DNA of 64,000 nt from an uncultured Armatimonadia bacterium (GTDB lineage Bacteria; Armatimonadota; Zipacnadia; CAVVLO01): assembly GCA_963749155.1 (NCBI GenBank), contig CAVVLO010000001.1, positions 640,001 to 704,000 of the forward strand. The letters run 5' to 3'. Below the pieces are notes generated by a model that was given only the letters and a program-made list of their open reading frames with translations, made no database searches and had not been told where the DNA came from. The translations under genes and the position numbers were made by a program. Below are positions 33,904 to 45,631 of the stretch, piece after piece. The stretch's first letter is position 1; every line of letters begins with the position of its first letter.

Positions 33904-34866
33904 AAGGAGCCTCCCCACCGGGTGTTGATGCGTTCGTACAGCGTCATATCGAGTTGCTTGGGCTGGGTTGCCACTTCAGCCAGGGGCAACTCTACAAGCC
34001 TGTCAGTATACCCTAGCACCAGTCCGGTTTGCCCTTCAAGGAGCAAATCCAGCGCGCGTTCCGCCCACGACCTGGCAAGCCAGCGATCCAGCCCGCTGAC
34101 CGGCGCGCCTCGGGCTGCGTGTCCAGTTGCTGAATAACGCAACCTGCAACCTGCTGCTTCGCTCAGCTTCTCGGCGACTGTCCGAGCTTCAGGCACGCCC
34201 TCTCCAATCACCAGCACAACCCAGCCCCGCTGCGACAGAGCATGCTTCAGGGCTTCAGTCGCGTGGGGAAGGTCAGGCTCCACTTCCGGCACAAGCACAT
34301 AATCTGCCTGCCCGACCTCGGCCACCCGGAGCGCGATATGACCGGTATGACCGCCCAGTGTCTCCAGCGCGAAAACACGCTCGCCAAGCGAACTCCCTGT
34401 TGCGTTCAAGCCATCCAGCAAGGTCAGTGTCAGGTTGCACGCCGAATCGAAGCCCAGAGTCCAGTCGCTGCCCCATACATCGTTGTCTATGGTGGAGGGG
34501 ATGCCAATTGCCGCGAGGCCTACCTGCCCCGCCAGGGGCATCCCGTGCCTGAAGGAGCCATCTCCCCCCAGCACCACGAGCCCTTCCAGCCCGTGATCGC
34601 CACCACCTGGCTAAGTCGCTCGACGCCTTCTTCGTCGCAAAGCTTCTATCGCGCGAGGTGCCAAGCACTGTCCCACTGCGCGCAGCAAGAGTGCCGTCAT
34701 CGAGGCTCGCAAGCGGCTGCAGCTTGCCTTCCGCAAGCCCCGCGAAGCCACTACGCGCGCCCAGGATTTCCACCCCGAGCTGCGCCCCATAACGCGCAAG
34801 CGCCACCAGGCAGGCGTTCATTCCGGGGCTGTCGCCCCCGCTTGTCAGGGCTGCTATACGTTTCAT
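33900..34866 (-). CDS. pfkA: PfkA-family phosphofructokinase, divergent; frameshifts near 34590-34635
   Basis: LTSGGDSPGMNA, GTVLGTSR, GGDGS, TIDND, GHAARG. Confidence 0.85.
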
Positions 34867-34870
34867 CCAG

Positions 34871-37640
34871 TTAGCCTTCCGGCAGTGCTTCAACGAAGCG
34901 AATCGAGTCGATTGAGAAGGTCACGCCAGGCCCTTCGACCACATCAAGCCTAAGGCTCGTGATCTTGCCTTCCCACCCCATCACATCGCGCATGTCGAGG
35001 TAGTAGTCGTGTTGCTGACCATCTTTTATCAAAGCCACTCGTTTGCTCGCTTCTTGCCGCGCGCTGGGCACTGCCGAGGAGGTGAAGAACAACTCGGCGT
35101 AGTCTTCTCCCGCCCCGCCACTTGCCGCCATCCGCACAGTCAAACCAGCGAATTGCGCTGCCGAAACGAAACAGGCGCCTCCATAGCAGATTGGATCTGG
35201 CCCGTTGGTCCGTCCCGCAAGGAAGCCAGGCTGGTCGAGAGCCTCTATCCGCTCATTCATACTCCAGCCCTGATTGCCGTCTTCGAAATCCCACACTGAC
35301 CGGATATCAAAAGTAACCTCTATCAGAGGTCGCCCCATATCCTGCGGGATTATCTCGGGCGCAGGAGGGGTGCCCGGCGCGAGAGCTTTCTGGAAGGCGT
35401 TCAGCATCTTGAAGCCAAACTCTCGACCTGGCTCGCAGATGCTTCCCTCGCCCCACTCGTTCCAGGCCTCGGCAATTATCATCGGCTTGCCAGCGGGGCC
35501 GATATCCAGCCGCGTCACCGCGTCCAGCGCGTCTTCGAGGTGCTCTTGCAACAGCTCCGGGGTGTAATCGTGCAGTACCAGGGCGTTGTAGCCAGCCCAG
35601 GCGCGGTTGTCCCAGTCGCAGAGCACCTCCGGGATGAAGGGCAGCGCGGTCGGGTCATCTGCAACTCGCTGGAACACGTCCTTGTAGGCCTCTACCAGAC
35701 CGGCATAAGGCGTGCGCTGGCCCTGACCGCCGATGCCAGGGGCGTTATACTCGGAACCTGCATCATACCCCTGGCGCCGCAGGCTCTCGGCCCAGCCAGT
35801 ATGAGGATGACCACAACCGATGAGATACAGCCCGTTAAGTCCGGCCGCCTTGCACTTGGCCTTCATATCATCGAAGGCCCGACGCACTTCGGCCTCGCCC
35901 ATATCCGACAGGAAGCGCCACGGTGTGAATATCCACACGGCGGGCTTGCCGTCTATCTTGAGGTAGTTGTCGCGCCTGAAATAGTTCTCTATCCAGTAGT
36001 CCGTGACTGCCATCAGGTCTTCGTAGCTGCTGGTATTTTCAGCATTATGGTTCGCCCATAGCAACGAGAACTTCATCATGTCCTGGTATTTCGCGTTGAA
36101 GAAGCGCATCGTGCAGCCCATGTTCGAGCGACCTGTGGCCCTGGCTCCAGTACCAGTCGAACAGCCAGAAAGTGGCGCCGCGCTCAACCGCCCACTTGAT
36201 CTGCCAGTCCATTACCTCGGGGTCGCCCTCGGCGTAATACCCAAGCAGTGGCTTACGGAACCATTCCTTTATAGGCCGCCATCTCTGCGCGTCCCACCAG
36301 CCGGGGAAGTAGTAGATACCCGCCTCATAAGGGGTCACCAGAGGCACTGGCTTCGGTACATAATCACCGCTCACGGCAGGGGTGGGAGTAAACTCCGTGC
36401 TGGTCGTCGCCTTGCCACTGCCACCGGCCCATTGTAGATTTATACTGGCCTCGTAGGTACCAGGTTCATCCGCGATGACTTCCCAGACGGCTTCGTACCG
36501 ATCGGAATAACCCATTACGCCTGTCTGGAGCGTGGCTTCCTGCCCAGGCGCAAACCTGAGTCCTGGCCCGCACTCGAGTGTCACTGTGGCGTTGGGGGAG
36601 ATCTCTCCGGTCATATTTTCTACAACTGCAATCAGCCTGGCGGGTTTACCTGTCCGGTTGACGCCGTCATCACGTCCAAAATACCGGATCCACAAATCCA
36701 CCGGCCCCTGGGGCTCTTTCACCAGAGCCAGGCGCTTCAAGGTCAGCGAATTGCCAGCGCCAGGAGGCGTGCGCAGTCCGAACATCCTGAGGCCGCCTTT
36801 CAACGCGACAGGCAGGTTCATCCGATGAACTTGCCCATCCGAGTTGACCGGGAACCATACCGAGGTAGGAGAGGCCCCCACAGCGCGGATAATCGCTTCA
36901 GTGTCCTCTCCCGCGGTGCTGGTACCCTCATAGTAGAGATACCCGTACTCCTCAAGAGGCGCGTCCGCCACGTAAGCGCTGGTAAGCGACCAGCGATCAC
37001 TGGCAGTTATCGTCAGCCCCTCCGGCCCTGTCTCGAGGCTGGCAACGCCTTCTTGCGCCACCCACTGGCCGGCGTCCTCCGGCCTTGTGAGCTCCCAGTC
37101 GGGCGTTTCAGCTTTGGCCATATCCAGCACCGGCTCTATCACCCGGATATAGTCGATCTCCAGTTGCTGCTCTCCGCCCGGCGGATCCAGCCTGAAGGAG
37201 ATAAGTCGAGGCAGCGCCTCCCACAGGGGGAAGAACGAATACTCATGCCAGGCCTCATCGAGTGCGAAATCCAGATGATGGCTCTGCTGCTCGCTGAAGC
37301 CGTTCCACTGGCCCCCATGGTCTGCCGCGTAGAAGAACTGCAGCATCCCGCCTCCCGGCCGGACGCGCACTCGCAGCTCGACTTTCTGGAAAGGCGCAGT
37401 TATCAGCTCGAAGTCCGGCAAAGTGATGATCGGGTCGCCGCCGCTGGTGGTCAGCTTCAGCATACCCTCCTCAACTGCCATCTCGGTAACCTCGCCACTG
37501 GCCACCCAGCCCGCGATATCGGCCTGGGAATCGAACTCCCAACTCTTTGTGACCTTCCACTCAGTAGTATCGCCAAGTACCAATCCCATCACCACCAGGC
37601 AAAGCCCAATTGAAAGCCAAATCACAGCTGCAGGTCTCAT
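34871..37640 (-). CDS. Secreted GH99-like (WbsX-type) glycoside hydrolase with CBM-like modules, paralog 1; frameshift near 36105
   Basis: YYFPGW, PLLGYYAEGDP, DWYW, LWANH, WDNR, EAWNEWGEG. Confidence 0.75.
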
Positions 37641-40418
37641 TCAAGTCCCTCCTCGGGAAGCTCTTTCAGCAACCGGATATAGTCCAGCTTCAGTTCAGCG
37701 CCAGGACGCCAGCTCGGATCGAACCTTAATCCCGTAATCGTACCCACCCAGCCAGGCAGAGCGCCCGTATCCAGCAGGTAGGTGTGATATTCACCATCGC
37801 GGGGTGCCTCTGCGTCAGCATATTGGCCCCCGAGAAGCCCGATGTAAGCGAGTTGCTGAAGAAAAGCTGCAATCCGTCAGGTTCTTCGCCCCCGCTCACT
37901 GCCATCCGGATGGCGACGTAGCGATACTCTGCAGCCGATATACTGATAGGCGGCCCCTGCAATACAGGGTCCTGACTGATAGCTCGCCCAACCAGCGCTC
38001 CATCGACCGGCTCCAGCTCCAAGCTTAGCCCTACTGTCCAGCCGTCCAGGCCTTCCTCGAACTCCCAGGCTGTCGCTCCGCCGAACTCTACCTCGCGCAG
38101 CGGCTGCCCCAGGTCAGCAGGAACCAAATCAGACGCCTTTGGCGCCTCTGGCGCTAGCGCCTGCTGGAAGGCATCCAGCATCGAAAAGCCCCACTCTCTG
38201 CCCGGCTCGCAGATTGACCCCTCGCCCCACTCATTCCAGGCCTCGGAGATTATCAGCTTGCCCGCCGGCCCCGTCACGCCGGTCCTCTCGACCAGGTCCA
38301 TCAGGGCCTGGAGATGTGCCTCCAGCGTCTCGGGCGTATACCCGACTCGCCACAGCGTGCTGTAGCCGTGCCAGGCGCGCGAATCCCACCCGCAGTTGGC
38401 GCTCGGGATATAGGGCAGCGCAGGCCCCTCTGGCGCCCTCGCGGAGCGCTCTATCAGGTCCTGATAGTCTTCGTTCATCTGAGTATAGGGTGCCCGCAGG
38501 TCGCCGCCAGTGTTCAGCCCGGCGCTGTTATAGTCCGAATCCGCATCGAACCCAAGCGCCTTCATCCGCTCGAGCCAGCTCTCCCGCGGCTGCCCGCAGG
38601 CGATAAGATACAATCCTCCCAGGCCTGCGTCACGGCACTTCTGACGCAGCTCCTCAAGGGCTTGCCCGAGTACCTTCTTCTCCGAGCGCTGTGGCAATCT
38701 CCATCGGCTGGAATATCCAGATTGCGGGCTTGCCGTCAATCCGCAGGTAGTTATCCCGCTTGAAGTAGTTCTCAATCCAGAAGTCGCACGCGGCCAGTAG
38801 ATCTTCCCGGCTGTGACTGCCAGGCCCGTTGTGGTTGGCCCAAAGCAGCGCGAACTTCATCTGGTCCTGATATCTGGCGCCAAAGAAAGCCTCGTGCAGC
38901 CCATGTTCGAGCGTCCGCTGGCCCTGATTCCAGTACCAGTCGAAAATCCAGAAAGTGATTCCCCGCTCACGCGCCCACTTTATCTGCCAGTCCATTATCC
39001 ACGGGTCGCCCTCGGCGTAATAGCCAAGTAGAGGCTTGCGGTAGTAGTCCTTGATGGATTGCCATCGGTCGGCACTCGCCCATCCTGGGAAATAATAGCA
39101 ACCGACCTCCCAGTCCGTCTTGAGCGGCACCGGCTGTGGCACATAGTCGTTGCGGGCAAGGGTTGGGGAAGTAGAGTGAAGGCAATTTCGGCGTTCGTAG
39201 TGAAACTGCCAGCCTCCGAGCTGACTTCGACCTCCAGGCGCTTTGGGCCTGGTGACTCTGCAACCACCTGCCAGCTCGCCTCAGCCCGGTTGGCGTATCC
39301 GATAACGCCCACCTCTCGCAAGGCTTGCTCGCCTTCGGCCAGCCTTACCCCCAGGCCTGGCTGCAAGAGAAGCCGGACCTGCCCCGCCGGCTCCGCGCCG
39401 AAGTTGGCCAGGTTACACACAACCTTTGCTGGCCGGCCGACCCGATTTACCCCGCTGTCCTTGCCGAAGTAGAGCACCCTGGGCGAGGCTTGTCCAGTTG
39501 GCTCGTTCACAAAGGCCAACCGCTTCAACAGGAGGGTGCTGCCCGCCCCACGCGGAGGCCGGACACCGACCGAGCGCAAATCGCCTCTAATCGTGATTGG
39601 CAGGCACGCCGTGTAGAGCCGCCCATCTGCAGGCCAGGGATAAAGTAGTGTCTTCCTGCCCTCGCCTGTCGAGGTCAGGTCCAGTTCTATTTCTGGCCCG
39701 GCCGTTGTCGCCGCCTCGATCAGCACATAGCTGCCAGTTTGTGTCTCCGGCTGAAGGCAGGCTGTTATCAGGGAAAGCTGCGCGTTCGAGGTTAGCTTCA
39801 GCCCCTCAGGTCCTTGCGAGCTGCTCTCGAGGCCTTCGGCGGCGGTCCACAGCGCGTGCTTCAGTCGGGTTCGTGAAATCCCAATCTGCACTGGGAGAGG
39901 CAGTTAAAGGAGTCTGCCGGCTCGACGAGGCGTACCCACTCCAGACCGAACTCATACCGCCCGGCGACCGGGTCCACCCGCAACTGAACTACCTGCGGCG
40001 CGCCATCCCACCAGGTCCAGGCGCCATACTCGTGCCACTGGCCATCGCCCTGGACCCGGATATTGATCGCTTCGGAAGGTTCAAAACCGCCAAAGGGGCC
40101 TTCGTGATCCGGTGCCCAAAAGACCTGCACATCGCCCACGACACCACTTTTCAGCCGAAGCTCGATCCGCTGCATCGGGCCGGTGGTGATGGGCTGCTCG
40201 GGCAATATCAGGAGGGGATCATCGTTCACCACGCGCCCAATAAGCGCGCCTGCCTCCAGGCGGACGTCCTGCAGCGATCCCGTGCCCCACTGCCCAAGCG
40301 CCCCGGGCGTCGAGAAGTCCCATTGCGCGACCGTGCGCCACTCCAGGGCCCGCGCCGGGTGTCCAAGGCCAAGAATTACAGCAAACACCAAACCAAACCA
40401 GATTGAAAAACTCTTCAT
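37637..40418 (-). CDS. Secreted GH99-like (WbsX-type) glycoside hydrolase with CBM-like modules, paralog 2; several frameshifts
   Basis: Same motifs (YYFPGW, PLLGYYAEGDP, DWYW, WDSR, EAWNEWGEG) spread over four ORF pieces; ATGA overlaps at both ends. Confidence 0.72.
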
Positions 40419-42880
40419 AACGAGCTATTGGCTTCTCGAGAGCTATCTCCTGCCACTACTGGGGGTGCAGGGGGCACTGACCCCTGCGCCTTTATTCGCC
40501 CTTCAGCAGCAAACGATACGATTGCGGGTTTAATCGAGAAGCCTTTCCAGGTGCGCTGGCTGTCCGAGAAGTTCACCAGCACGCCTACCCCATTGGCAAA
40601 CTCGCTCAGTTGCACCTGGCGATCTGCGGAGCAGAACTGGTGGCCTGTCATCTCGGCGTCTTCTACCGCATCGAAGAGTGGTTCGAGGAATTTGCAGGTC
40701 TCGACCATCCGGTCCCTCTGCTCCTCCAGCGTTGCGCGTTTCAGCACCATAAACATCGGCGGAGTCGCATAAAGCGCGTTGAAGAGGTCGCGCTGCTTCC
40801 ACAGGCTGGGGAAGGTGTTGCTGCAGTCGCCCCAGTACCAGTAATTGACCACGCAGTCGTGGTAGACCAGCTCGAACAGGGGCAGTCTGATCCCGGGATT
40901 TAGCTGCGACCTGATAGTCTCCTCATTTGGCTCTGGGCCAGCCTCCAGATAACCTGCCTCAGGATGCCTGTATGGCCCGAGGCTCATCATCCCCTCGAAG
41001 AAAGAGACAGCGGGGATTGCCCAATCGATGCCTGTCTCCGAGCCGCATACCAGCCCCTGCTGCCCTACATAATCCAGCAGGGCAAACTTGCCCTCCTTCT
41101 CGCCAGTCCGGCTGCAGGGATGCAAGGGGTTATAGCATTCAAACAAACCTGCCGCGGTGGTTGTGTCGATGAACCTGGCCTCGCGCGGATAGGCCACCTT
41201 GTCAGGGGGGATATTCACTTCGGCCCATTTCTTATGCTGCGTGCCACATGCCACATAGCCAGGCACAGGGCCTTGCTCTGTGCGGATGACCCATCCGTGC
41301 TGCAGTGTGCCGTCCTCGAGCATCACGATATCGTCGGGCCAGCCCTGAGTGCGATTCTGCAGCTTTGCCTTTTCGAGGTCGGCAGAATCCCAGACATCTT
41401 GATAGATGTCGTAGATGCTCGTCAGATAGCCCAGTGATTTGCCGGCCTCTATCTCCTCAGGCGTAATCGAGTTGGAATGAAGCATCCGCTCGACTCCCTG
41501 TTCATGGAACCAATTAAGAGCCGCGATGCGCTCCTCGGGTTTCATCTCCCAGGCCATCAGCCAGATGTTCGCAGCGCCAATCAGCCTCTCGACGGCGGGC
41601 AGTTTGGCGCGTTTCTCGGCCAGGGTAACGAGCTTGCCTGATTCCTCGGCTTCGCGCCGGTAGCGCTTGCACAGCCCGACATAGCCGCCTTCCTCCGCGA
41701 ACCAGTAGTGGATTGTGCGGTCGTAACCCCAAAGGCCTTTCTGGGCTTGCCAGACCAGCTCCCCGGTGGCGCTGCCCAGTTCTCCCTGCTGCTTGTAGCG
41801 CAGCCAAATCGCCGCATCGTCCGCCTCGCGCGTCCACCACAAGGCTGCCGCGCCCGACTTGGAGTCGGCGATGCCAGTCCACGGCATACACAGCCCGTGC
41901 CCGCTGTATAGCACCTGGGGCCAGGCAGGCTGGATATCGCGGTCGGCGCAGCTATAGAGCCGTCCCTCATTCATCGGGACGATAAGCTCGCAAGTCTCGC
42001 TGCCCCCCGCGAGGGCTGGGCAGGTGCTGACCAGGCCCGCGACTGGGAGTGCCGGGTCAGCCGTTGTGGTCAGAGCAAGCTCTGGCTCCTCCTCCTCCAG
42101 CCTGGCGGTCAGGACACACTCCAGGCGTTTCTCATAGGAGCCATCCGAGATGACCACCGCGCGGAAGACTGCTTCCAGATCGGAAGTCTGGCTTGCTTCG
42201 AGGATGATCACCTGCTCGCAGGGGAAGGTCTGCCATCTCAGTCCATTGCGCCTGTCAGTTGCGATGAAGCTCCAGTTGCGGGGATTGAAGGTGACGGTCA
42301 GTAGCTTATTACGCAACGTAATATTACGCGTCGTACTAGCAGCAGACTGGAGGGGAAGACTTCCCACCAGCTCGAGCTCAAGGTTGTCAGCCAAAAGTTG
42401 GGCCTTGCCCTCTCCCATCAGTCTGAGGGTCATCTGCTTGAAGCCTGGCAGGACGATAAAGCGCCCTTCGAGATGCTGCCATTCGGTGGTGGAAGTATCC
42501 GGCGCAAGCGGCGCCCAGTTCCAGTTGGGGGTTTGTTCCTCTGCCTCGGGATAGCCAATCAGGCTGAACCACAGCCTGACCTCGTCAGTCGTAGCAAGCT
42601 TCACATCACAGGCGATACGATAGACCTGCAGGGGCTCAACCGCAAAACTGGCGAGGAAGGTCGCTGACCAGTCCTGCTCGCCCGGATGGGTGATGCTCGC
42701 AACCTGCCCGTGGCCTTCCGAGGCAATAACCTCTGCTGAGCCCTCGCCATCTCGACTCCAGAAGCCGAAAGCCGGAGGGGTTGCGCCTTCGAAGTCGCCC
42801 CCTGTCACCAGGTTGGCCGACCACGCGCTCAGGCTCAGGAGCAGAGCAAACGCAACAACAAGCGCCAGGACGGGGTTCAT
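40415..42880 (-). CDS. Secreted GH129/GH101-like glycoside hydrolase with N-terminal CBM4/9-like module
   Basis: NLVTGGDFE module; YDIYQD, FIDTTTA, GSETG, RLPLFELVYHD. Confidence 0.65.
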   Translation of the reverse strand: MNPVLALVVAFALLLSLSAWSANLVTGGDFEGATPPAFGFWSRDGEGSAEVIASEGHGQVASITHPGEQDWSATFLASFAVEPLQVYRIACDVKLATTDEVRLWFSLIGYPEAEEQTPNWNWAPLAPDTSTTEWQHLEGRFIVLPGFKQMTLRLMGEGKAQLLADNLELELVGSLPLQSAASTTRNITLRNKLLTVTFNPRNWSFIATDRRNGLRWQTFPCEQVIILEASQTSDLEAVFRAVVISDGSYEKRLECVLTARLEEEEPELALTTTADPALPVAGLVSTCPALAGGSETCELIVPMNEGRLYSCADRDIQPAWPQVLYSGHGLCMPWTGIADSKSGAAALWWTREADDAAIWLRYKQQGELGSATGELVWQAQKGLWGYDRTIHYWFAEEGGYVGLCKRYRREAEESGKLVTLAEKRAKLPAVERLIGAANIWLMAWEMKPEERIAALNWFHEQGVERMLHSNSITPEEIEAGKSLGYLTSIYDIYQDVWDSADLEKAKLQNRTQGWPDDIVMLEDGTLQHGWVIRTEQGPVPGYVACGTQHKKWAEVNIPPDKVAYPREARFIDTTTAAGLFECYNPLHPCSRTGEKEGKFALLDYVGQQGLVCGSETGIDWAIPAVSFFEGMMSLGPYRHPEAGYLEAGPEPNEETIRSQLNPGIRLPLFELVYHDCVVNYWYWGDCSNTFPSLWKQRDLFNALYATPPMFMVLKRATLEEQRDRMVETCKFLEPLFDAVEDAEMTGHQFCSADRQVQLSEFANGVGVLVNFSDSQRTWKGFSIKPAIVSFAAEGRIKAQGSVPPAPPVVAGDSSREANSSL

Positions 42881-42912
42881 AACCCGCCTCCAAAGTTGCT
42901 GGTGGCCTGTCC

Positions 42913-45621
42913 TCAGGCAGCGCTTGGCTTAGGCACTCCTGTATAGCCCAGGACTCGCAACACCAGCTTGATTAGCTCTTCCAGTACCAGTACCGACGCC
43001 GCGATCCCCACCGATATGCCCAGATGGTTGAGGTCCAGCACCGCGGTTCGGAACCAGTCATGGAGCGAGGGGATATAGAGAATCGCCAGTTGCAAGCTGG
43101 CGCCCAGCAGGAAAGCCGCATAAAGCCAGGGATTCTGCTTGCCCGAGAGTGAGAGCAGACTCCTTACCGAATACTGGCAGTTTAACGAGTGGAAGAGCTG
43201 GAAGAATACCAGCGTTGTGAAGCACATCGTCCGCCCGTAGTTAATGGCCTCTACACTGTCGCTTCCGAGCACATCCAGCGCAAAGTGCTTGCCAATTTTA
43301 AAAGCAATAAGCGAACCCAGGGCCATAAGGCCGCCAATCATCAGGATGCCCCAGAAGGCGCGCCTGTCCAGTACCCCTGCTTCAGGAGAGCGCGGCGGGC
43401 GCTTCATCAGATCAGGCTCTGCGGGAGAAACACCCAGCGCGAGCGCCGGCGGCCCGTCGGTGACCAGGTTTATCCAGAGGATATGGATAGGCATCAGGGG
43501 CAGGCCCATCCCGGTCATCATTGCAAAGAACATCGTCATAATCTCGCCCGCGTTGGTCGAGATCATATACCGCACGAACTTGGTGATGTTGTCGAATATG
43601 ACCCGTCCCTGTTCTACCGCGTTGACGATGGTTGCGAAGTTGTCGTCGGCCAGCACCATATCGGCCGCGTCTTTGGCGACGTCAGTGCCCTCTATCCCCA
43701 TCGCCACGCCGATATCGGCTGACTTGAGCGCTGGCGCATCGTTTACTCCATCGCCAGTCATTGAGACCAGGTGATTGTCGGCTCGGTAGGCCTTGATGAG
43801 CTTCAGCTTGTGCTCTGGGGAGACGCGCGCAAAAACTGAGGTTGTCCGCGCCGCCTCGGCCAGTTGAGCCTCATCCATCTCATCCAGTTGCTGGCCAGTG
43901 ATTGCCTGAGCGCCTTCCTCCACGATGCCTACCGAAGAGGCGATTGCTATCGCCGTTACTGGATGGTCGCCAGTAATCATCACAGGACGGATACCGGCCT
44001 GTTTACACTCGGCGACCGCTGCGGCCGCTTCGGCCCGGGGCGGGTCTATCATTGCCATATAGCCGAGGAAAATCAGGTTGCTTGCCGCCATATGAGGGGT
44101 GAGCTCTGATTCGTCCTCCATATAACAATACTTGTAAGCAAAAGCCAGCACGCGACGCGCGCGCCGGGCTTCTTCATCTACGCGCTCCTGTACCGCATCG
44201 ACAACCTCATCATCCAAAGCCACAGGGCCGGCGGGCAATACGCCTTCCTTGCAGTGAGCCAGAACGGCTTCCGTAGCGCCCTTCATTACGATAAGCAGTT
44301 TGCCACTTGCGGGATCACGATGGCAGGTCAGCATAAACTTGTGATCCGAGTCGAAGGGGATCTCCCATACTCGCGGCATATGTTTTGCCAGAAAATCTTT
44401 GTAATACCCAAACTTTTCGGCTGCGACCAGTAAACCAATCTCAGTTGGGTCGCCTGTGTATTCGCTGCCTGTATGGGCTGAGTCATTGCAGAGGGCCGCA
44501 GCTTTCAAAAGCAAATCAAGAGTGCTGCCTTCGGCCTGGGGCGCTTCGGGTTCTGCAGGTGGCAGAGCGATTTCCTCGCCCGCTGCTACCAGTGACACGA
44601 CGGTCATCTTGTTCTCGGTCAAGGTGCCTGTCTTGTCGCTTGCGATAATTGTGATGGAGCCCAAAGTCTCGACCGCGGGCAGTTTCCGGATGATGGCATT
44701 AGCTTTGGCCATACGCTGGGCGCCCAGGGCCAGGTTGATCATAATGACCGCCGGCAAGCCCTCTGGGATGGCCGCTACAGCGAGGCTAACGGCCGCCATA
44801 AACATCTCGGTCAGGGGTTGCCCGTGGGTGATGCCCGCCACGAAGACCGCAGCGCAAACCACCAGAGCTGCGATGCCGAGTTGTTTGCCCAGCTTGGAGA
44901 CTCGCCGTTGCAGTGGAGTGGTGCCCTCTTCCTCTTCTGACAGCATTGAGGCGATCTTGCCAAGCTCGGTCTGGGCGCCTGTGGTCGTCACAATCGCCCT
45001 GCCTCTGCCTCGGGCAAGCGCAGTGCCCATGAAGAGCATATTCTGGCGGTCGCCCAGGGGACATTGCCCCTCTGCCTCGCAATCGGCGCGTTTATCCGAA
45101 GGCACGGATTCACCAGTGAGCGCCGCTTCTACAGCGGCCATGGAGAAGGCCTCGATGACCCGCGAATCGGCTGGCACGAGATCGCCCGCAGCCAGGGCCA
45201 GCAGATCGCCTGGTACCAGCTCATACGCGGAAATCCGGCGTTGCTCTCCATCGCGGATTACCATACATTGGGGCACCTGAAGCTGCTTGAGGGCTTCCAT
45301 TGCCTTCTCGGCGCGTACTTCTTGCCATAGCCCGATTAACGAGTTGAGGATGAGGATAGCTGCGATGACGATTGCATCCTGGTATTCATGCAAGGCCGCC
45401 GATATCACTGTAGCGACAATCAACAGGATTACCAGGAAGTCGGTGAACTGGCGCAACAGCTTGATAAGCAGGCCTTCTCTGGGGGCCTCGGGCAACCTGT
45501 TGGGGCCTACCTCTGACAGCCTGCGCGCCGCTTCGGTTGTTGACAGCCCCTGCTCTCCGTCAGTTGCCAGTTCTTTCAAGACACCGTCGATGTCCAGAGT
45601 ATGAGCTACAGGCAGTTGCAT
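42913..45621 (-). CDS. P-type ATPase, type IIA (Ca2+)
   Basis: TGES, IPEGL, DKTGT, GDPTE, TGDGVND, WINLVTDG. Confidence 0.95.
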   Translation of the reverse strand: MQLPVAHTLDIDGVLKELATDGEQGLSTTEAARRLSEVGPNRLPEAPREGLLIKLLRQFTDFLVILLIVATVISAALHEYQDAIVIAAILILNSLIGLWQEVRAEKAMEALKQLQVPQCMVIRDGEQRRISAYELVPGDLLALAAGDLVPADSRVIEAFSMAAVEAALTGESVPSDKRADCEAEGQCPLGDRQNMLFMGTALARGRGRAIVTTTGAQTELGKIASMLSEEEEGTTPLQRRVSKLGKQLGIAALVVCAAVFVAGITHGQPLTEMFMAAVSLAVAAIPEGLPAVIMINLALGAQRMAKANAIIRKLPAVETLGSITIIASDKTGTLTENKMTVVSLVAAGEEIALPPAEPEAPQAEGSTLDLLLKAAALCNDSAHTGSEYTGDPTEIGLLVAAEKFGYYKDFLAKHMPRVWEIPFDSDHKFMLTCHRDPASGKLLIVMKGATEAVLAHCKEGVLPAGPVALDDEVVDAVQERVDEEARRARRVLAFAYKYCYMEDESELTPHMAASNLIFLGYMAMIDPPRAEAAAAVAECKQAGIRPVMITGDHPVTAIAIASSVGIVEEGAQAITGQQLDEMDEAQLAEAARTTSVFARVSPEHKLKLIKAYRADNHLVSMTGDGVNDAPALKSADIGVAMGIEGTDVAKDAADMVLADDNFATIVNAVEQGRVIFDNITKFVRYMISTNAGEIMTMFFAMMTGMGLPLMPIHILWINLVTDGPPALALGVSPAEPDLMKRPPRSPEAGVLDRRAFWGILMIGGLMALGSLIAFKIGKHFALDVLGSDSVEAINYGRTMCFTTLVFFQLFHSLNCQYSVRSLLSLSGKQNPWLYAAFLLGASLQLAILYIPSLHDWFRTAVLDLNHLGISVGIAASVLVLEELIKLVLRVLGYTGVPKPSAA

Positions 45622-45631
45622 TGTTGGCGAT

